In this document: positions 42,197-57,655 of the stretch, in pieces
Layout: the number at the start of each line of letters is the position of its first letter
How positions within the stretch are numbered: position 1 is the first letter of the stretch
Assembly: GCA_951406725.2 (NCBI GenBank)
Contig: OX597816.1
Coordinates: 150,412,001-150,476,000 of the forward strand
Origin: Octopus vulgaris
Taxonomy: Eukaryota
DNA: 64,000 nt
Direction: 5' to 3'
Made by a program: the position numbers and the translations under genes
Notes under the pieces: generated by a model
The model's input: only the letters and a program-made list of their open reading frames with translations
Databases searched by the model: none
Told to the model about the DNA's origin: nothing

Positions 42197-42694
42197 TGTA
42201 GTTGTGTGAGTGTCTGTCCCCTTCGATTTAGATTCCTAACTACTCCCACATTTTGCGGTGCAGTTTAACCAAATTTCGGGTATCTTATAGTCGTGATTCA
42301 TATCGAGCCCATCTGAGTATTAGCGCGCGTCTACGATGAGTCTACGATTTTAAAAATAATTTAACATAATTTTTTATTCCATTTTAATGCATAATTTTTC
42401 GTGTGTCAATGGCAGCGGAGTTGGCGTCCATGGTCACACCTGCACCTGTTTGCTTCTCCCCCTTCTTCCCTCCCTCGTGAAGCTGTGGGGAAGGGAGTGT
42501 AAGGAAATCAACGTCGTAAAGCGTTGTCAAGGAGACCAGCGTTCTTTTAGAACAACGACTTCATGGCTTGAAGACACCAAAACAGAAATGGCTAAGAAAG
42601 CCCGAATTGGCATCTATAAGGGAAGTAACTCTCTAAAAATGTTTATATAGTTATTTCCCTTACAAACCCGAGCAACGCCGGGCAATACTGCTAG
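42190..42694 (+). mobile_element. Non-autonomous Helitron
   Basis: 3' end shows GC-rich hairpin CCCG(A)GC-AAC-GCCGGG (42667-42682), an 8-nt spacer, then CTAG|T (42691-42695). The 5' end merges with a (TA)n run (...TATATAAAACTGTAGTTGTGTG). No TSD. CpG-rich relative to flanks. Confidence 0.75.
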
Positions 42695-44397
42695 TATATA
42701 TATATTATTTTACAAATGTACATCTACATGCATATATTTATATACAAATGCACACACACTCACACATGCATTGTATTTTGGAAGGGTCATTCTACCAATA
42801 AAAATACATGCTTTAGTTGGTGTCACTTTTTCATTGTCAGTTAATTGAATGATTTGTCAAAATTTTTCATTCCTCAACTAGCATTTTCAGTGATTTTTGC
42901 CTTCTCACTTTTGTGTCTGATTTATATATATATATATTTAGATATGTGCATGCATGAGTATATGTCTGTATCTGTGTGTATGTAGTTGAAGTGGTAGTGC
43001 TGTATGAGTATAAGCTGGTTAGCATCCATATATATCTGTATATTTTTATCAAGTAATTATGTATATGCTATTTTGCTGTTTTGGGATTTATTGTTTTGTT
43101 AGCTGGTTAGATAACAGCATTTGGAACCATTTTTATAACTCATCTGCTTTTTTTGTTTTATTGCACTGACAATTATTATCATCTCATTATTGTCTGCTTA
43201 TCAGTGTCTGCATGCAAGCGTCTATACTTGTGCACATATTCACCATTGTATAAAAGAAAATCTTGAAACTGATGTTAAGGCAACTCTAAGAAAATTGGTC
43301 CACCTAAGTTACCTGAAGAGATGAAGTGTGTAAATATTTTCTGATTTGCAAACTCATCCAACCCATGCTACTAAATAATAACAAATTTTAAAACTTCTGC
43401 TAATATGATAACAACTGTGATTATGAACAACATATTTCTTTCCATTCATTTTATTGAGGAAGTAGTAGTAGCAGTAGTGGCTGGTAATTATAGAGATATT
43501 GATAATGATAGTAGAGCAGTGAATATATTCAGCGATGGTATTGGTATTATTTTACATCAACTCCATTTCTTAAAAATTATCTTCATTTATATCTTAACAG
43601 TAATTAACTTACTTTTTTTACTGTTTATTATGATAGCACTAAATCTATTGCAATTATTGTGGCATACTTTTGGTGAATTCCTTCTGTATTATTATCAAAT
43701 ATCTGATATATACTGTTTGATTCATTTACTAAAAAAATCAATCAATAATGAATAAAACTATTTTTCATTTGTTTTTAGGATATTAAATTAATAAAATTCA
43801 ATCTAACAAACAGTTTTATTTAGCATTTAAAAAATTATTATAGTTTCTCTTATTGATAATATTACCACTAATAATAATACTAACAGCAGTAAATGCAAAA
43901 ATAGTAGGAGACAATTTCATTGGAAGAAAATTAGATCAAAACTGATGAATTTATTGATGTGTGAATATTAATTCTGAATCTGATATTCATTGCATTTATA
44001 ATTGGGCATAATAGAAGATCAAGGCTAAATTGCAAAGGAGCTTTCCTTTGTGTCTATTTTTTGTAGGAGTTATCCATGTTTTTAACTATTATGTAGTGAT
44101 AATTGTTTTGAACTCTTCAGAGTAATCACAGAAAATAATAGTAGGATCAAGATACAAAGAATGATGCTACATTGCAGACTTTTACTAGCATATCACATTG
44201 TTACTAAACTGATATTTTTTAATTAACTGATAAAACTATAGAATGACTATAAATATAACAATGATGCTAATTTGCTGGATTAAGCCCTTAACATTTATTT
44301 TACCCTGTTGGACCAGTAGTTGAATTCTGCTTTATTTCATTTTTTCCATTCATCAATCTATTGCTTATAAATCATCCTCATCTGTTTTCCATATTGG

Positions 44398-44590
44398 CAT
44401 GTCCATTTTCCATGCTGGCATGGGTTGGACAGCTTGACAGGAACTGGCAAAACCAGGGGTGATACCAGGTTCTATAGTCTGTTTGGTCTTGATTTCTACA
44501 ACTGGATGCCCTTTCTAACACCAACTACTTTACAGTGTGTATTGGGTGCTTTTTGTGGCACCATCACCAGTGCTTTTTACATGGCACCAA
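44398..44590 (-). mobile_element. 3' part of RTE-tailed SINE (family B)
   Basis: GTCCATTTTCCATGCTGGCATGGGTTGGACAG...CTGGATGCCCTT...GGGTGCTTTTT is the reverse complement of the 58260-58420 body. Confidence 0.75.
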
Positions 44591-45542
44591 AATAAGTAAT
44601 AATTCAATTGACTGTACACTCATTGTAAGAAGAAATATTTGACATTCACCAAGTCAAAATTAATCAGCTATCATAAAACACAATAATAGTAAATTGGTAG
44701 AAACAGTAAAGTGCTTTGCAGCTGCCTTTACTGCGTCCTCTTGTCAAAATAGTAAAAATATATAAAAAAAAGTTTCAATCATTTACTAACATCATATCCC
44801 ACTTGGTTTGACTGTTTTCCACTGTTCTTGAGTTGCTAGAATTATTGGTATCATAGTTCAGAATGGATTTATTCAATTAATCACTGTCAAGCATTAGTCA
44901 AATATAAGAAATAATTATACATAACTTACATCAGCAGTGAACTATCCTATAATGCTGGCCACTGCAGATAATTTTTATTATTGGTTCAACTAGCATTGAA
45001 AATATTTTAACTATTTTTTCTGTCTAATGATTCCCCAAATCTATATCACCTTACATGTATTATAAAGTGTAGAAACATTAGAACTTCCAAAAAAATTAAG
45101 AAAATATAGTTTCCTTACATATTGACTAGATTAATCTGTTGCAATAATATTATATTAAATTGATTTCTTACATAAATTCACCGTAAAAAATGTTTGGAGA
45201 AAGAGGCAACAAAACTGTGCAATGTCTGTATCTTTCTCAAGAGTATTAGAGATATAATTGAAATGGTTTCAATTGGGAATCAAGCTTATCTTCTAATTGT
45301 CGCACACATTCGTATTATATTAATAATAAATATTACTGAATTAGAATTATTACATTGTCATTATATACATTTTTTTAAATATGAAATTCAGATTATTCAT
45401 GAATTATAAATCCTCTTTTCTTTTTCTGTGAGTGTGGTTTTGTTTCTTTTTCTCCATTCTGTTGTGAATCTGTGTGTTCAATTCAATAATTCAATATCTT
45501 ATATACGCATGTAGTTACACATATGCACTTGTCTTAATGATT

Positions 45543-46911
<1,369 letters not shown>

Positions 46912-47976
46912 TATATATAATCTGTGGCTCTTTACATGCAGTATCTTTGAAACAAGTGTCTGAAAGGAAATAGTGTTTCTGTTATTTTATTTTATTTATT
47001 CAAAATATAGCTTTTTATCTTTTTTTTTTTGCTTTTTTATTTGCTCCAAGAAAAAAGCTGTAAATGGTAAAATAATTGTATGTAAAATAGATTTTCTTCC
47101 ATAATTTCAGTACCTTGAGATGTCAATGTTTGCTTACTTTATATACATTTGACTCTTTAGCAATGAATAACACATCATTGAGTTACATTTTCCAAGATTT
47201 TTATTCTCTGGGCTATTTAACTTGCAATATTTTTTTTATTTTTATTGTCATATTTCCATTTTATAGTCACTAATTTTCATATTTCAGAATCTTTACGACT
47301 TGTGAATTTTTTTATTTCTAATCGCTTCTCCTATCAGTCTGACTTCCCTAAAGGACAAGCATGGCTGTCTGGTTAATAAGTTTGTATTAACATGCTCTGA
47401 ATTTGATTTCACTTTATGGCATTTTGGACAATTATCTCCAACCTCAGGTTGAGTCAAGTCTTGTGAGTGAAGTTGAATAACCAGATGGATTTTACCTGTT
47501 CTTGGATGGTAATCTTAATAAGTTACCATTTGGCTATTTCATTGAAGTTCACAATGTAGCAAGTGTTCAAACCATGTCTCTAGTTTCTACCTCCTTCTCA
47601 CCCTATCAGTCTCAGTGGCTCTGTAAGCAGTAATCATATGCATTGCCCTTTCTCCTCTGACTAAGCCACTAAGCAATACACAGTCATACACATGAAAAAA
47701 AAAAGAAGGAATTAGATATTTTTTTCAAACACTAGCATTGAAAGCTTTGTGTTTTCCCATTTTTAGTATGATTGTTGATAGTCACACTTCTCTTATGATT
47801 CTTGATAATCACACCTTTCTTTAGAGTGTTGATAATCACACTTCTCTTATAGTCGTAGTTATAAATAAACAGGAAAGATGTTTTTAATGTTAGTATGCTG
47901 AGAAAATAGTTTCGTTTATATATTACAGTTTCTTAAAGTCATCAGGCCTACCAAGAAAATAATTTTATAGAATTTT

Positions 47977-48358
47977 ACAGGAGTGGCTGTATGATAAAAA
48001 GTTTGCTTCCCAACATAATGGTTCCAGGTTTAATCCCATTGTGTGGCACCTTGGGCAAGTGTCTTCTTCTATAACCTCAGGCTGATCAAAGCCTTGTGAA
48101 TGGATTTAGTAGATGGAAACTGAAAGAAGCTTATTGTGTGTGTGTATGTGTGTTTGTGTCTGTGTTTGCTCCCATCATTGCTTGACAACAGATGTTGGTG
48201 TGTTTACATCCCCATAACTTAGTAGTTTGGCAAAAGAGAGTGAAAGAGTAAGTACCTGGCTACAAAAAATAGCAATTACTGTGATCAGTTTGTTTGACTA
48301 AAATTCTCCAAGGCAGTGCCCCAGGATGGGCACAGTCTAATGACTGAAACAAGTAAAG
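47977..48358 (+). mobile_element. tRNA-derived SINE family A, older copy
   Basis: Colinear with 1914-2306 (CAGGAGTGGCTGT..., GGCACCTTGGGCAAGT, GGAAACTGAAAGAAGC, ATGACTGAAACAAGTAAA). CpGs are decayed. Confidence 0.88.
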
Positions 48359-50181
48359 GTTAAATGGTAAAAATAGAAAATAGACAATTGTGGTGTCTGT
48401 TCTTTTCCAAAGATATGGTCATAACTATTTTGTAATATTTAAATTGCTTTGAAGAATTGTATATCTTTGTTGTTTTACCTACCACTCTAATGATAACTAG
48501 AATGATTTCTTGCAAAGGTACTTGACTTCAAAAGTTTAGGAAAGAGAAATGAATTTGTGTATTGCTTATTACTTTTCTAAAAAACAAAAAGCAAAAAAAA
48601 AGAAGCAGAAAACACTAGAGGTGTAAATAAACTGATATAGTTACTGACAGGAATTAAAACAGATCCTGTACAAGTTTTGCCAAGATCATATTTCTTATCA
48701 CTCTTGTTAATGATGTCAAAATATTTCAGTTAATTAGTATTTCAGGAAAATGAAATTAACAGGACATTCTCACAGTCACTTTCTCTTTCAACATTTTTGT
48801 TTTTGTTGCTGTTTCCACACCTTTGAATTTTTCATTGTTTTGTTGTCTTTTTTTCTCTCTCTAATTTCTTCTGTGTGTTGCAGTAAAGAACCAATATTGC
48901 AAAAATATATTAAATGTGTAGACATTGAGACTGACATCTAATAGATAGCAAACTTACAATATCATTTTAAGAAGAGTCTGTACTAATTTCTACTCATCTA
49001 CTATATCTAAACTACACTAAAGACTGCTGATGCCTACAAGTCTGTATTTTACCTTTTTCTTACATCTTTCTCTCTCCCTCTTTTTATCTCTTTTTGACCT
49101 TCTTAAAGTCTTTCATATTACATAAGTAAATCAGGACACCAACAAATTGGAAAGATACTTTTTTGTGTAGGTGTAGTGAGTTTCTCTCAAACTGTTCAAT
49201 ATTATTGATACACCATCCTCAAAAATGCGTGTGCTGTTTTGAAAAGGCGAATAACTTATATAACACAACTTCAATCTTGGGAGTTATATCCACAACAAAG
49301 ATCAGGCTATGGCAAAAATATCAAGTGAATGTTTCTAAATGCTTGTGATATTTCTGAAATTATTATTTTCTTTTCCCTATGGAAGTTTATAAAATAAGAA
49401 TTAGTAATGTTAGTAATTAAAATTGTTTTAATAAAGAGAAAATGGTTTTCTACACAGTGAAATGAAAGGAAAAGGATTTTACAGTTTCATTTTATATTCA
49501 TATACTAGATATTTTCCTTTAACTGAAGGTAAGATTCATTATGGATTGGAGTAGTGTCCATAACTTCTGCAAATGGACTGCTGTGGTAATAAATGATACA
49601 TCAGAATATTGAGTTATCCTTGCAGCAGAGACCTAATCTGATTCTTTGCAATAGAATGGATGCCACTAAAGGCACCCAAGGGTCTGGTAGTGTTGTTAAA
49701 CTAAAGGACATATTAAGCCTACCACCCATTAACAGCCATAGTTCATTCAATTGGTTTCTGCACAATTTCTGTCTGCTTAATTTCATTCACATGGTTAGAT
49801 CTACCAACAGGCTATAGCAGAAAATGTTTGCCCAACATGCCATACTATAAAGGTATGAGGTTTAATTTCCCTAAAGTACTTATATAACAAAAACATATAT
49901 ATACTACAGAATCATGGAATTGCAACCAGAGAATATTGCTCTTATTTTTATTTTCCAACAACACATCTAGATAATATTTGTATTAACAAAATATACAATT
50001 TTGATTTCTCATTTTGATCCTTATCAACAGCTTTACATAATATGCTTTATAACTGTATAACTTGAAAATACTACAATACAATATTTCTCTAATCATCTAT
50101 GAAGTATACCACTCTAGATTTAACCAAGCTAATTTTTTTTTTTTTTGTTTTGTTTTTTATCTATCTTTGCCATAAATACTT

Positions 50182-50568
50182 GGATCTTTTCGGTTTGAAC
50201 GGCAGTGTTTTCTAGCAGTGTCATATGCAATTGTCACCCATAATTATGACCCTAGTATCGATCTATTGCATTTCAATCTGTTTTAGGGTTAGGGGTGGGG
50301 GGAAGGGTATCTTTTTTCTTCAGAAATGTAAATAAACCCAATCTGTTTCTTAAACAAGGAACATATTCATACAGCACAGAATGTTTTCACCTTCAATAAA
50401 CGTCATTGAAGGAAAAAACAACAAATATCTTACAAACTATAGAATTTTCTCAATAAAGCCAAGAGAAAAAGATGTTTTATAAATACATTCTACCAGTATA
50501 CAACGTTTAAAAGTGGTTAGTTACGTGGAAATTATTTTAAAAAACTGCCATTCAGACCGAAAAGATCC
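50182..50568. mobile_element. MITE with GG-terminal ~29-bp TIRs and 8-bp TSD (Merlin- or Mutator-like)
   Basis: Left end GGATCTTTTCGGTTTGAACGGCAGT; right end (reverse complement) GGATCTTTTCGGTCTGAATGGCAGT. AAATACTT at 50174-50181 and 50569-50576. No coding capacity. Confidence 0.88.
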
Positions 50569-51633
50569 AAATACTTTTCTACCACAATCCAACAGTTCTT
50601 TTTCATACAACATTCATTACTCATTAGAATAACATTTCTAATCCAACTGTTAAATCTTCTGCATACATCTTTAAGTGACTTTAATATCCACTCAGTTTAT
50701 TTATTTCTACTTGTTCTTTCTCATAAATTAATTGTATATGTATCTCTAATTAGAAGAGAAACAATCAAAGTTAAAATCAGAATATTAGTTTCCTTTCTTG
50801 CTTGTTTACATGTTTATTGTTTTCATTTACATATTTATTCACATCCAGATACATTTTTGTCTTTTGGGTGATTATAGTTATTGTGGAATTGATGATTTAG
50901 TGTCATTATAGTTTCCTTATTGTAAAATTTTGTATTATTTTTTTATATTAACATTCCTAACCCAATTAAAGTTTAACTTCTTTGGAAACCAGAACTGTGA
51001 CAGGTGCAAAGTCTTCCCTAACCACACACACTTTTTCTCAGGAGCTGCTTATTCTATGACAGAAATCAATGTGTCTTTTGTTGTTACAGGAAATACTTAT
51101 TAAACTTTCCTACTCAGCCTGTTAAGATCAATAGACAGTCAAACAAGGTTGTTTGTTATTTGTACTGCTGCATTTAGCAACTCTCTTCACATTGATTGTG
51201 AGTGTGTGTGTTTGTGTTTTGAGACTCCCATTTATCTTAGACAGATGAAGACAACCTTCATCAGATTCAATCTATAGATTTCAGCTTTGTCACCTTAGCA
51301 TTCTTGGCAGCAAGAAGTCAATTGAAGCAAGCAGACTATCATTGTATCAAATTTGTATGACAGTAAAAAAAAGAAACATAAAAATAGAAAGAAATAAAAC
51401 AAAATGCAATAAAATAAAAATGCATAAAATTTTTTAAAAAAACACTCATCCTTCAAGAAAACAAAAATAAAAATCAATCAATAATAAACATAGTAGATTC
51501 TGTTGAGGTTTAGAGAGTGACAGTATAAGAGGAAAGAAAATAAGGAAGTCACGTATAACAGATATATGGATATGAACTATAAGAATACATTTGTAGCCTT
51601 GCTCCAATTCTTTCCTTACAGACACTCATATAA

Positions 51634-51684
<51 letters not shown>

Positions 51685-52230
51685 AATAATAGGAATTATT
51701 TAATATGCTTTCTGGTATATTACATGATTTTTTATTACATAATCTCCTTATATTTATAACCTTCATTACTTTTACTTTGGCTTTTTTTTATGTTGGTATG
51801 AGTTGGATGAGACACATTGAGGCAGTATTCGGTGGCCAGTTGCTCTTCCTGATGCCAGCCCTTATATTCAAGTAAAGTATTTTACGCAACTTCTTCAAAG
51901 TGTTGAACCACCAAACTACTACATTTTTCTGGATGTAAACCATAAACATGATACCACTGTCCAACAATGTTAATTTGAACACATGCAAAAACAAACTCAC
52001 ACACAAATGCAAATATGTGCGTACACACACACACACACACTCACACACACACACATATATATATATGCTTATATATGTATATATTCCATAGGCTTCTATA
52101 CAATTTCCATCTACCAAATTTCACTTTCAAAGCGATGGTTAACTCAAAGCTATAGCAAAAGTGCTGTATAGCAGGATCAAACCTAATGTGAAGTAAACTT
52201 TTTAACTATGCAACCATAAATATACACTGT

Positions 52231-52421
52231 TATTCTTTTACTTGTTTCAGTCATTTGCCTGTGGCTATGCTTGAGCACCGCCTTTAGTCAAACAAATCAA
52301 CCCCAGGACTTATTCTTTGAAACTCTAGTACTTATTCTATTGGTCTCTTTTGCCAAACCACTAAGTTAAAAAGATGTAAACACACCAACAGCAGTTGTCA
52401 AGCAATGGTATGGAGACAAAC

Positions 52422-52477
<56 letters not shown>

Positions 52478-52636
52478 CAGGTTTCTTTCAGTTAGTCTCT
52501 ACCAAATTCATTCACAAGGCTTTGTCAGCCCAAGGCTATGGTAGGAGATATTTGCCCAAGGTGCCACGCACTGGGACTGAACCCAGAACCATGTGGTTGG
52601 GCAGCAAACTTCTTACCACACAGCCACACCTGCACC
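52231..52636 (-). mobile_element. tRNA-derived SINE family A
   Basis: Reverse-complement homolog of 1914-2306 with internal (TA)n. Confidence 0.88.
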
Positions 52637-52960
52637 TGTCGAAATCGATCAATGGAAATTGCAGATGTGTTACCAGTGCCGGTGGCATGTAAGAGAACCT
52701 TCCGTTTCGCTGCCATGCTGGAGCACCGCCCCGTTTCGTGTCCGTTGCCAGCTCTGTCTGGCACCTGTGCGGGTGGCACGTAAAAAGCACCCACTACACT
52801 CACGGAGTGGTTGGAGTTAGGAAGGGCATCCAGCCGTAGAAACACTGCCAGATTTGACTGGGCCTGATGAAGCCTTCTGGCTTCACAGACCCCAGTAGAA
52901 CCGTCCAACCCATGCTAGCATGGAAAACGGATGCTAAACAATGATGATGATGATGATGAT
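52637..52960 (+). mobile_element. 5'-truncated SINE family B with RTE-like tail ending in (TGA)n
   Basis: Near-identical to 58210-58441 (GGTGGCACGTAAAAAGCACCCACTACACTCACGGAGTGG...CCAACCCATGCTAGCATGGAAAACGG...TGATGATGA). Confidence 0.88.
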
Positions 52961-54237
52961 ATATATAAAAGAATACAAAAAATGGGATAAGAACGCAACA
53001 GGAGACAACAAAACATCCAGACAGATGATACAAAAAAGGGACAAGAAAAAACAAGGACGGGTCGTTTGGAATTTTCTTTTCCCAGTTGAGTTCCTGATCA
53101 TCTTTGCAGTTTTGGCTGGTTATACTTGAAATTGCTCCAATCTGGCCAACCCCAAGGAAAATCGAAGCTAAGATTCCTAGGAAGAAAGTGAACGTATGAC
53201 GCTATATATATATATATATATATATATTTAAGAGACCAAAGTGTGCGGCGGCAGTGAGGATGATGCCTGTGGAACTTGTTGCATAGTGAAATTCTTTTTT
53301 TTTCTTAATATTTTTATTCTGTGCCAATGAGTAATATGATTATAGTGTAATATGAGTAATAGTAAAGATGCATAGCACAAATTGTTGTTTCAAATATGGA
53401 ATACTTTGCCAAAAGTTATTAACATGTCTCAGCTGACTTTGAAACAGTAAATTAATGATTTAAAAGAATACATTTTCTAACTCAGAATATTTCTTCATGA
53501 ATTTATAATAATTTTGGTTTTACATTTTCTATCTTGCTCAATTGATCAATACTTTAGCAACAGTCCATGAGTTTAGTAGCAGAGTATAGGATTCAATGTT
53601 CTATAGTGATAACAAGAATAATGGTTTCTAACATAAGACCACTAATTTGGGGACAATGGGTGCAGTTGGTTAGACTAACTGCCATACTTGCACTTACTTT
53701 ATCAACTTCAAATGGAAGAAGAGCCAAGTCAACTCTGGTAGGATTTGAATGCAAAACATGAAGGGGCCTAATGAAATCCTGCATGACATATTGTGTGTAC
53801 TCTACTAATTCTGTCATACATTACTAATCAACCTCCCTAATCATAACTGTCATCATCACCCCCAACTTCAGAAATTTGGTTCAGCTAAATACATAGCACC
53901 TGAAAGTAATTTTAAAATAATCAATGTGAGCACAAGAATTAGGTGGATACAGTATCTATGCAGTAAAGTTAAGATGCTTGACTAATGACCAAATGGATAT
54001 TAGTTGAGACTTTATTAATACAGTCCAATCTCTTGTGCCCTTTAACAAAGAATATAACTCTACTGCTTGTTCCATTTTATATAACTGGTTCCACTCTTTA
54101 TATCACTGCTCAGTTCTCAGTAAGACAATAATCATTCCAATATAAACCATTCAAACCATGCAAATATGGAAACATAGATGTAAATTACAAAGAAAATGAT
54201 CAGCTACGCCATGGACAGGTTCAGGAAGGACTTGAGA

Positions 54238-54257
54238 TATGTATATATATTGTTATG

Positions 54258-54320
<63 letters not shown>

Positions 54321-54339
54321 GTATATATATATGTATATA

Positions 54340-54384
<45 letters not shown>

Positions 54385-54559
54385 GTATATATATATGTAT
54401 ATATATGTATATATATATATATATATATTATATATATGTATATATATGTATATTTATATATATATGTATATATATATGTATATATGTATATATATATATG
54501 TATATATATATGTATATATGTATATATATATATGTATATATATGTATATATATATGTAT

Positions 54560-54605
<46 letters not shown>

Positions 54606-54632
54606 GTATATATATATAGATATGTATATATA
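54238..54632. repeat. Long degenerate (TA)n/(TATATATG)n microsatellite
   Basis: Seen directly. Explains the YIYI/MYIY ORFs at 54196-54710. Confidence 0.95.
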
Positions 54633-54917
54633 TCTTTTACTTGTTTCAGTCATTCAGCCATGTTGGGACACTGCCTTGAAGGGTTGAACAAATTGACCCT
54701 TTTTTTTTAAAGTTAAGTACTTATTCTATTGGTTTCTTTTGCCAAACTGCTAAGTTATGAGGATGTAAATACATCCACACTGGTTGTCAAGTGGTGGTGG
54801 TGGGGGACAAACAGAGACACACACACACACACATATATGCATGACAGATGTCTTTCAGTTTTTGTTTCTCAAATCCACTCACGAGGCTGTAGTAGAAGAC
54901 ACTTGCCCAAGGTGCCA
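54633..54917 (-). mobile_element. 5'-truncated SINE family A
   Basis: CTTTTACTTGTTTCAGTCATT...AGAAGACACTTGCCCAAGGTGCC matches 33525-33865. Confidence 0.8.
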
Positions 54918-57277
54918 TTATATATAAATGGCACTACACAGTATTGAAGTTAAGCAGAAATGTGAAGTCAACCATTTTAATCATTAGTAAATACACAGCT
55001 TTGAAACCATAGACAGTTACTTCTCTCGGTAGTCAGAATTTGATATGGAAGTACTTTTTAAGCCTTTTTTTAAAAAATACATCAGGACTTATGCTTCTTA
55101 GAATCACAAACTGATAGTGGACCTTTCTTTGCAGATGTAAAAGTATTACACATATCTGCCTTTATTCCTTTCACTTTAGACTATCATTATTAAAACACAC
55201 CATTTCCATTATTTCTTTGAACAATGTTGCTAAAGAGCGACTAGCTTTCCACTAGTGACATTTTAATGAAATTTCTTAAATACGTTCTTTCATCACTTGC
55301 CAAAATCTGGTACACTTTCACTAGAAAAACCTGGTACACTTTCACTGCATTTATATTGTCTATATGATAAATCAGCCACCAAACTTCAACATTTAAACAA
55401 CCTCACTGATATATAAATGTTGCCTTCTGGTTTTACTAATTTTCATGAAGGAAGCACTTTCCCTGCCCCTTAATAAAAGTACGTTTTGGGAGTTTCATTC
55501 AGAGAATATATTTCCTCCTTTTCCCTGGGGGCTGTCTGTTGATATGATCTTTATAAAGTATTTGTTTCTGACTCACTTCACTTGCCTCACTTTAACACAT
55601 CCGGTTCTCTGTTAATTATCAAGAATATTCTGGCTAACACTGTATATTTCTTTTAACAGATAATGGTTGGCTTACTCTTCTTCATAGTCTGTACCTGTTT
55701 GCCATACTAACATATGTTAAACAAGCCAACTTGACTGTTCCTTACATTTCTTCACTATAGAGTTTCTAATAAACCTTTGGCATTAAAGTTTCTTTGTCTT
55801 TCATAAAAAAAATTGAACGGAAGATTAAAGAAAGTGAAAATAAGTGTATTATTAGCTTCTCTAAACTGTTATTGGTCTATGTTGTGATTATTGATTTGTT
55901 TTAATTTCTAGAGTAAGCATCATATTTAGAAACTGGGGATAAATACATCATTAGATTCTAAGAAAAAGATAGAAATAAAGGAAAGAAGATAAAAAAGAGA
56001 GGAAAATAAAATGGGGAGGAAATAAGAGAGTAAAGAGAGAGAGAGAGAGAGAGAGAGAGAAACTTTTTAGTGAAGGTTTGGAATGATTCAATTTTACATA
56101 GATGGTGGTGGAATTTATTCTGTATTTTTATACAAAGATTAAAATAGGTTGTGTTTAAACAACAAAGAGATAAAACTGTTAATATGTACTGAAATTTGTT
56201 AGTGATGACAGCAGTTGAGAATGAAAACAATCATATACTTGTAGGTAGTTGAAAAGCTTGGTAAGTTTTGATACCTTTAAGATTTTCAAATGGGTCAAGT
56301 TATTTCTTCAGTGCTCTGTAAAATTATCCAAGCTAATGTGTAGGTAGTGTAGTTTGGGTACTGTTGTTGAATAGCCCACATTAACTATGCTCTGAGCAAG
56401 ATAGAATATCTAGTATCAACCCACTAGTTCAGGTCTTGGGATATGTGGATATGAGAAATCAGGATTTAAGTTGAACTTCAGCATTTGATCAGTATTTTAC
56501 CCAGAATCATACCAATTCATTTATTAAATTTTAGAACCTCTGGTACTTACTTTGCTGATGATTAAGAAGTTTATTAAGGTAGATTTTTACTTCTGCATGG
56601 AACACATTGACTGATGATACCAAAACCCCCTTGACTATCTCAATCTTTCATTACTAATATAAGTGGGTGTAGTTTCAATAATTGTATTTTCTGCATAGCT
56701 TCTTATGCTTGACCTGAAAATTCATGCATCACATGATGTGAACAATAAACACAATCCAGAATATTGTTTGTGGTTTGGGGATTTTGAGTTCACATGTATT
56801 TGTTAAATCTATTCTAGCATGGTAAAAAAATGGTTGTAAAATAAATGAATGAATGCACTATCTGCATTCTGTAGATTCATGTATTGTAAATTAAATGAGT
56901 AAGTGATGAACAGTCGTTCCTCAATAGATGAAGAAACTAGATAAAGAATCAGTGCAATGACAAACCAAAAAAGAAATAAATAAAAAAAATAACAAAAGCC
57001 AATTAACAATAATTATTATTATAGTTTTGTTTTGTTAGTGTAATAAGAACTATGTCTGTAGTGTAGTCTGTTGTTTCATTTTTCTAAGTTCACATCCCAC
57101 CAGAAACTGTTTCTATAAAATATCAGTATAGATACTTACATTATTGATATAGATTAATGTCAGTTCTATTGACAGTCACTTGCTCTTAATTAGAATTTAT
57201 CCTTATTAAAAGGGGTTTATTATCAGGGTTTGGAAGTTGATAAAGAATACTTGGGATGCATTTTAGATACATCTAGT

Positions 57278-57655
57278 GCAGGCACAGCTTTGTGGTTGAG
57301 AGATTCACTTCCCAACAATTTGATTTCAAGTTCAGTTCCCCTGCATGGCACCTTGCTATGGCCCTTTTGCTATAGCCTTGGACTGGCAAAAACCATGTGT
57401 GGATTTAGTATACAGAAACTGAAACTATCTGTGTGTGCATGTGCGTTTGTTTACATTTGTGATTACCTGGTGTCAGTTCTATCAACAAATTATTTGGTCA
57501 CTTTGTGCCTTCAAAGCTGTACATAATAAGAGATCCCTTATTTGAAAAACAGGTAAGGGTTAGCAACAGGAAGGGTATCCAGCTGTAAAACATACCTCAA
57601 ATAATATAGTCATCAACATAGTATAAGCATGGAAAAATGGATTAAAACAGATGAG
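57278..57655 (+). mobile_element. Old SINE with family-A-like tRNA head and RTE-like tail
   Basis: GTTCAGTTCCCCTGCATGGCACCTTG head, GGATTTAGTA..CAGAAACTGAAA, then AGGAAGGGTATCCAGCTGTAAAA and AGCATGGAAAAATGG. Confidence 0.65.

Noticed and set aside
52525-52908. Similar GC-rich ORFs at 52525..52908 and 57979..58389 as a duplicated gene
   Set aside because: Both are antisense readings of SINE family B copies.
53101-53160. Minus-strand GGTTGG...GTATAACCAGCC-AAAAC resembling stem II of the 8104 hammerhead
   Set aside because: This copy has no CUGANGA core and no GAAA. It would need a family consensus to reconsider.
54196-54710. Longest ORFs in the track (149-163 aa)
   Set aside because: They are translations of a TA-rich microsatellite. 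The same applies to the HT/VC/YI-rich ORFs at 7.2, 14.8, 17.0, 26.9 and 37.0 kb.
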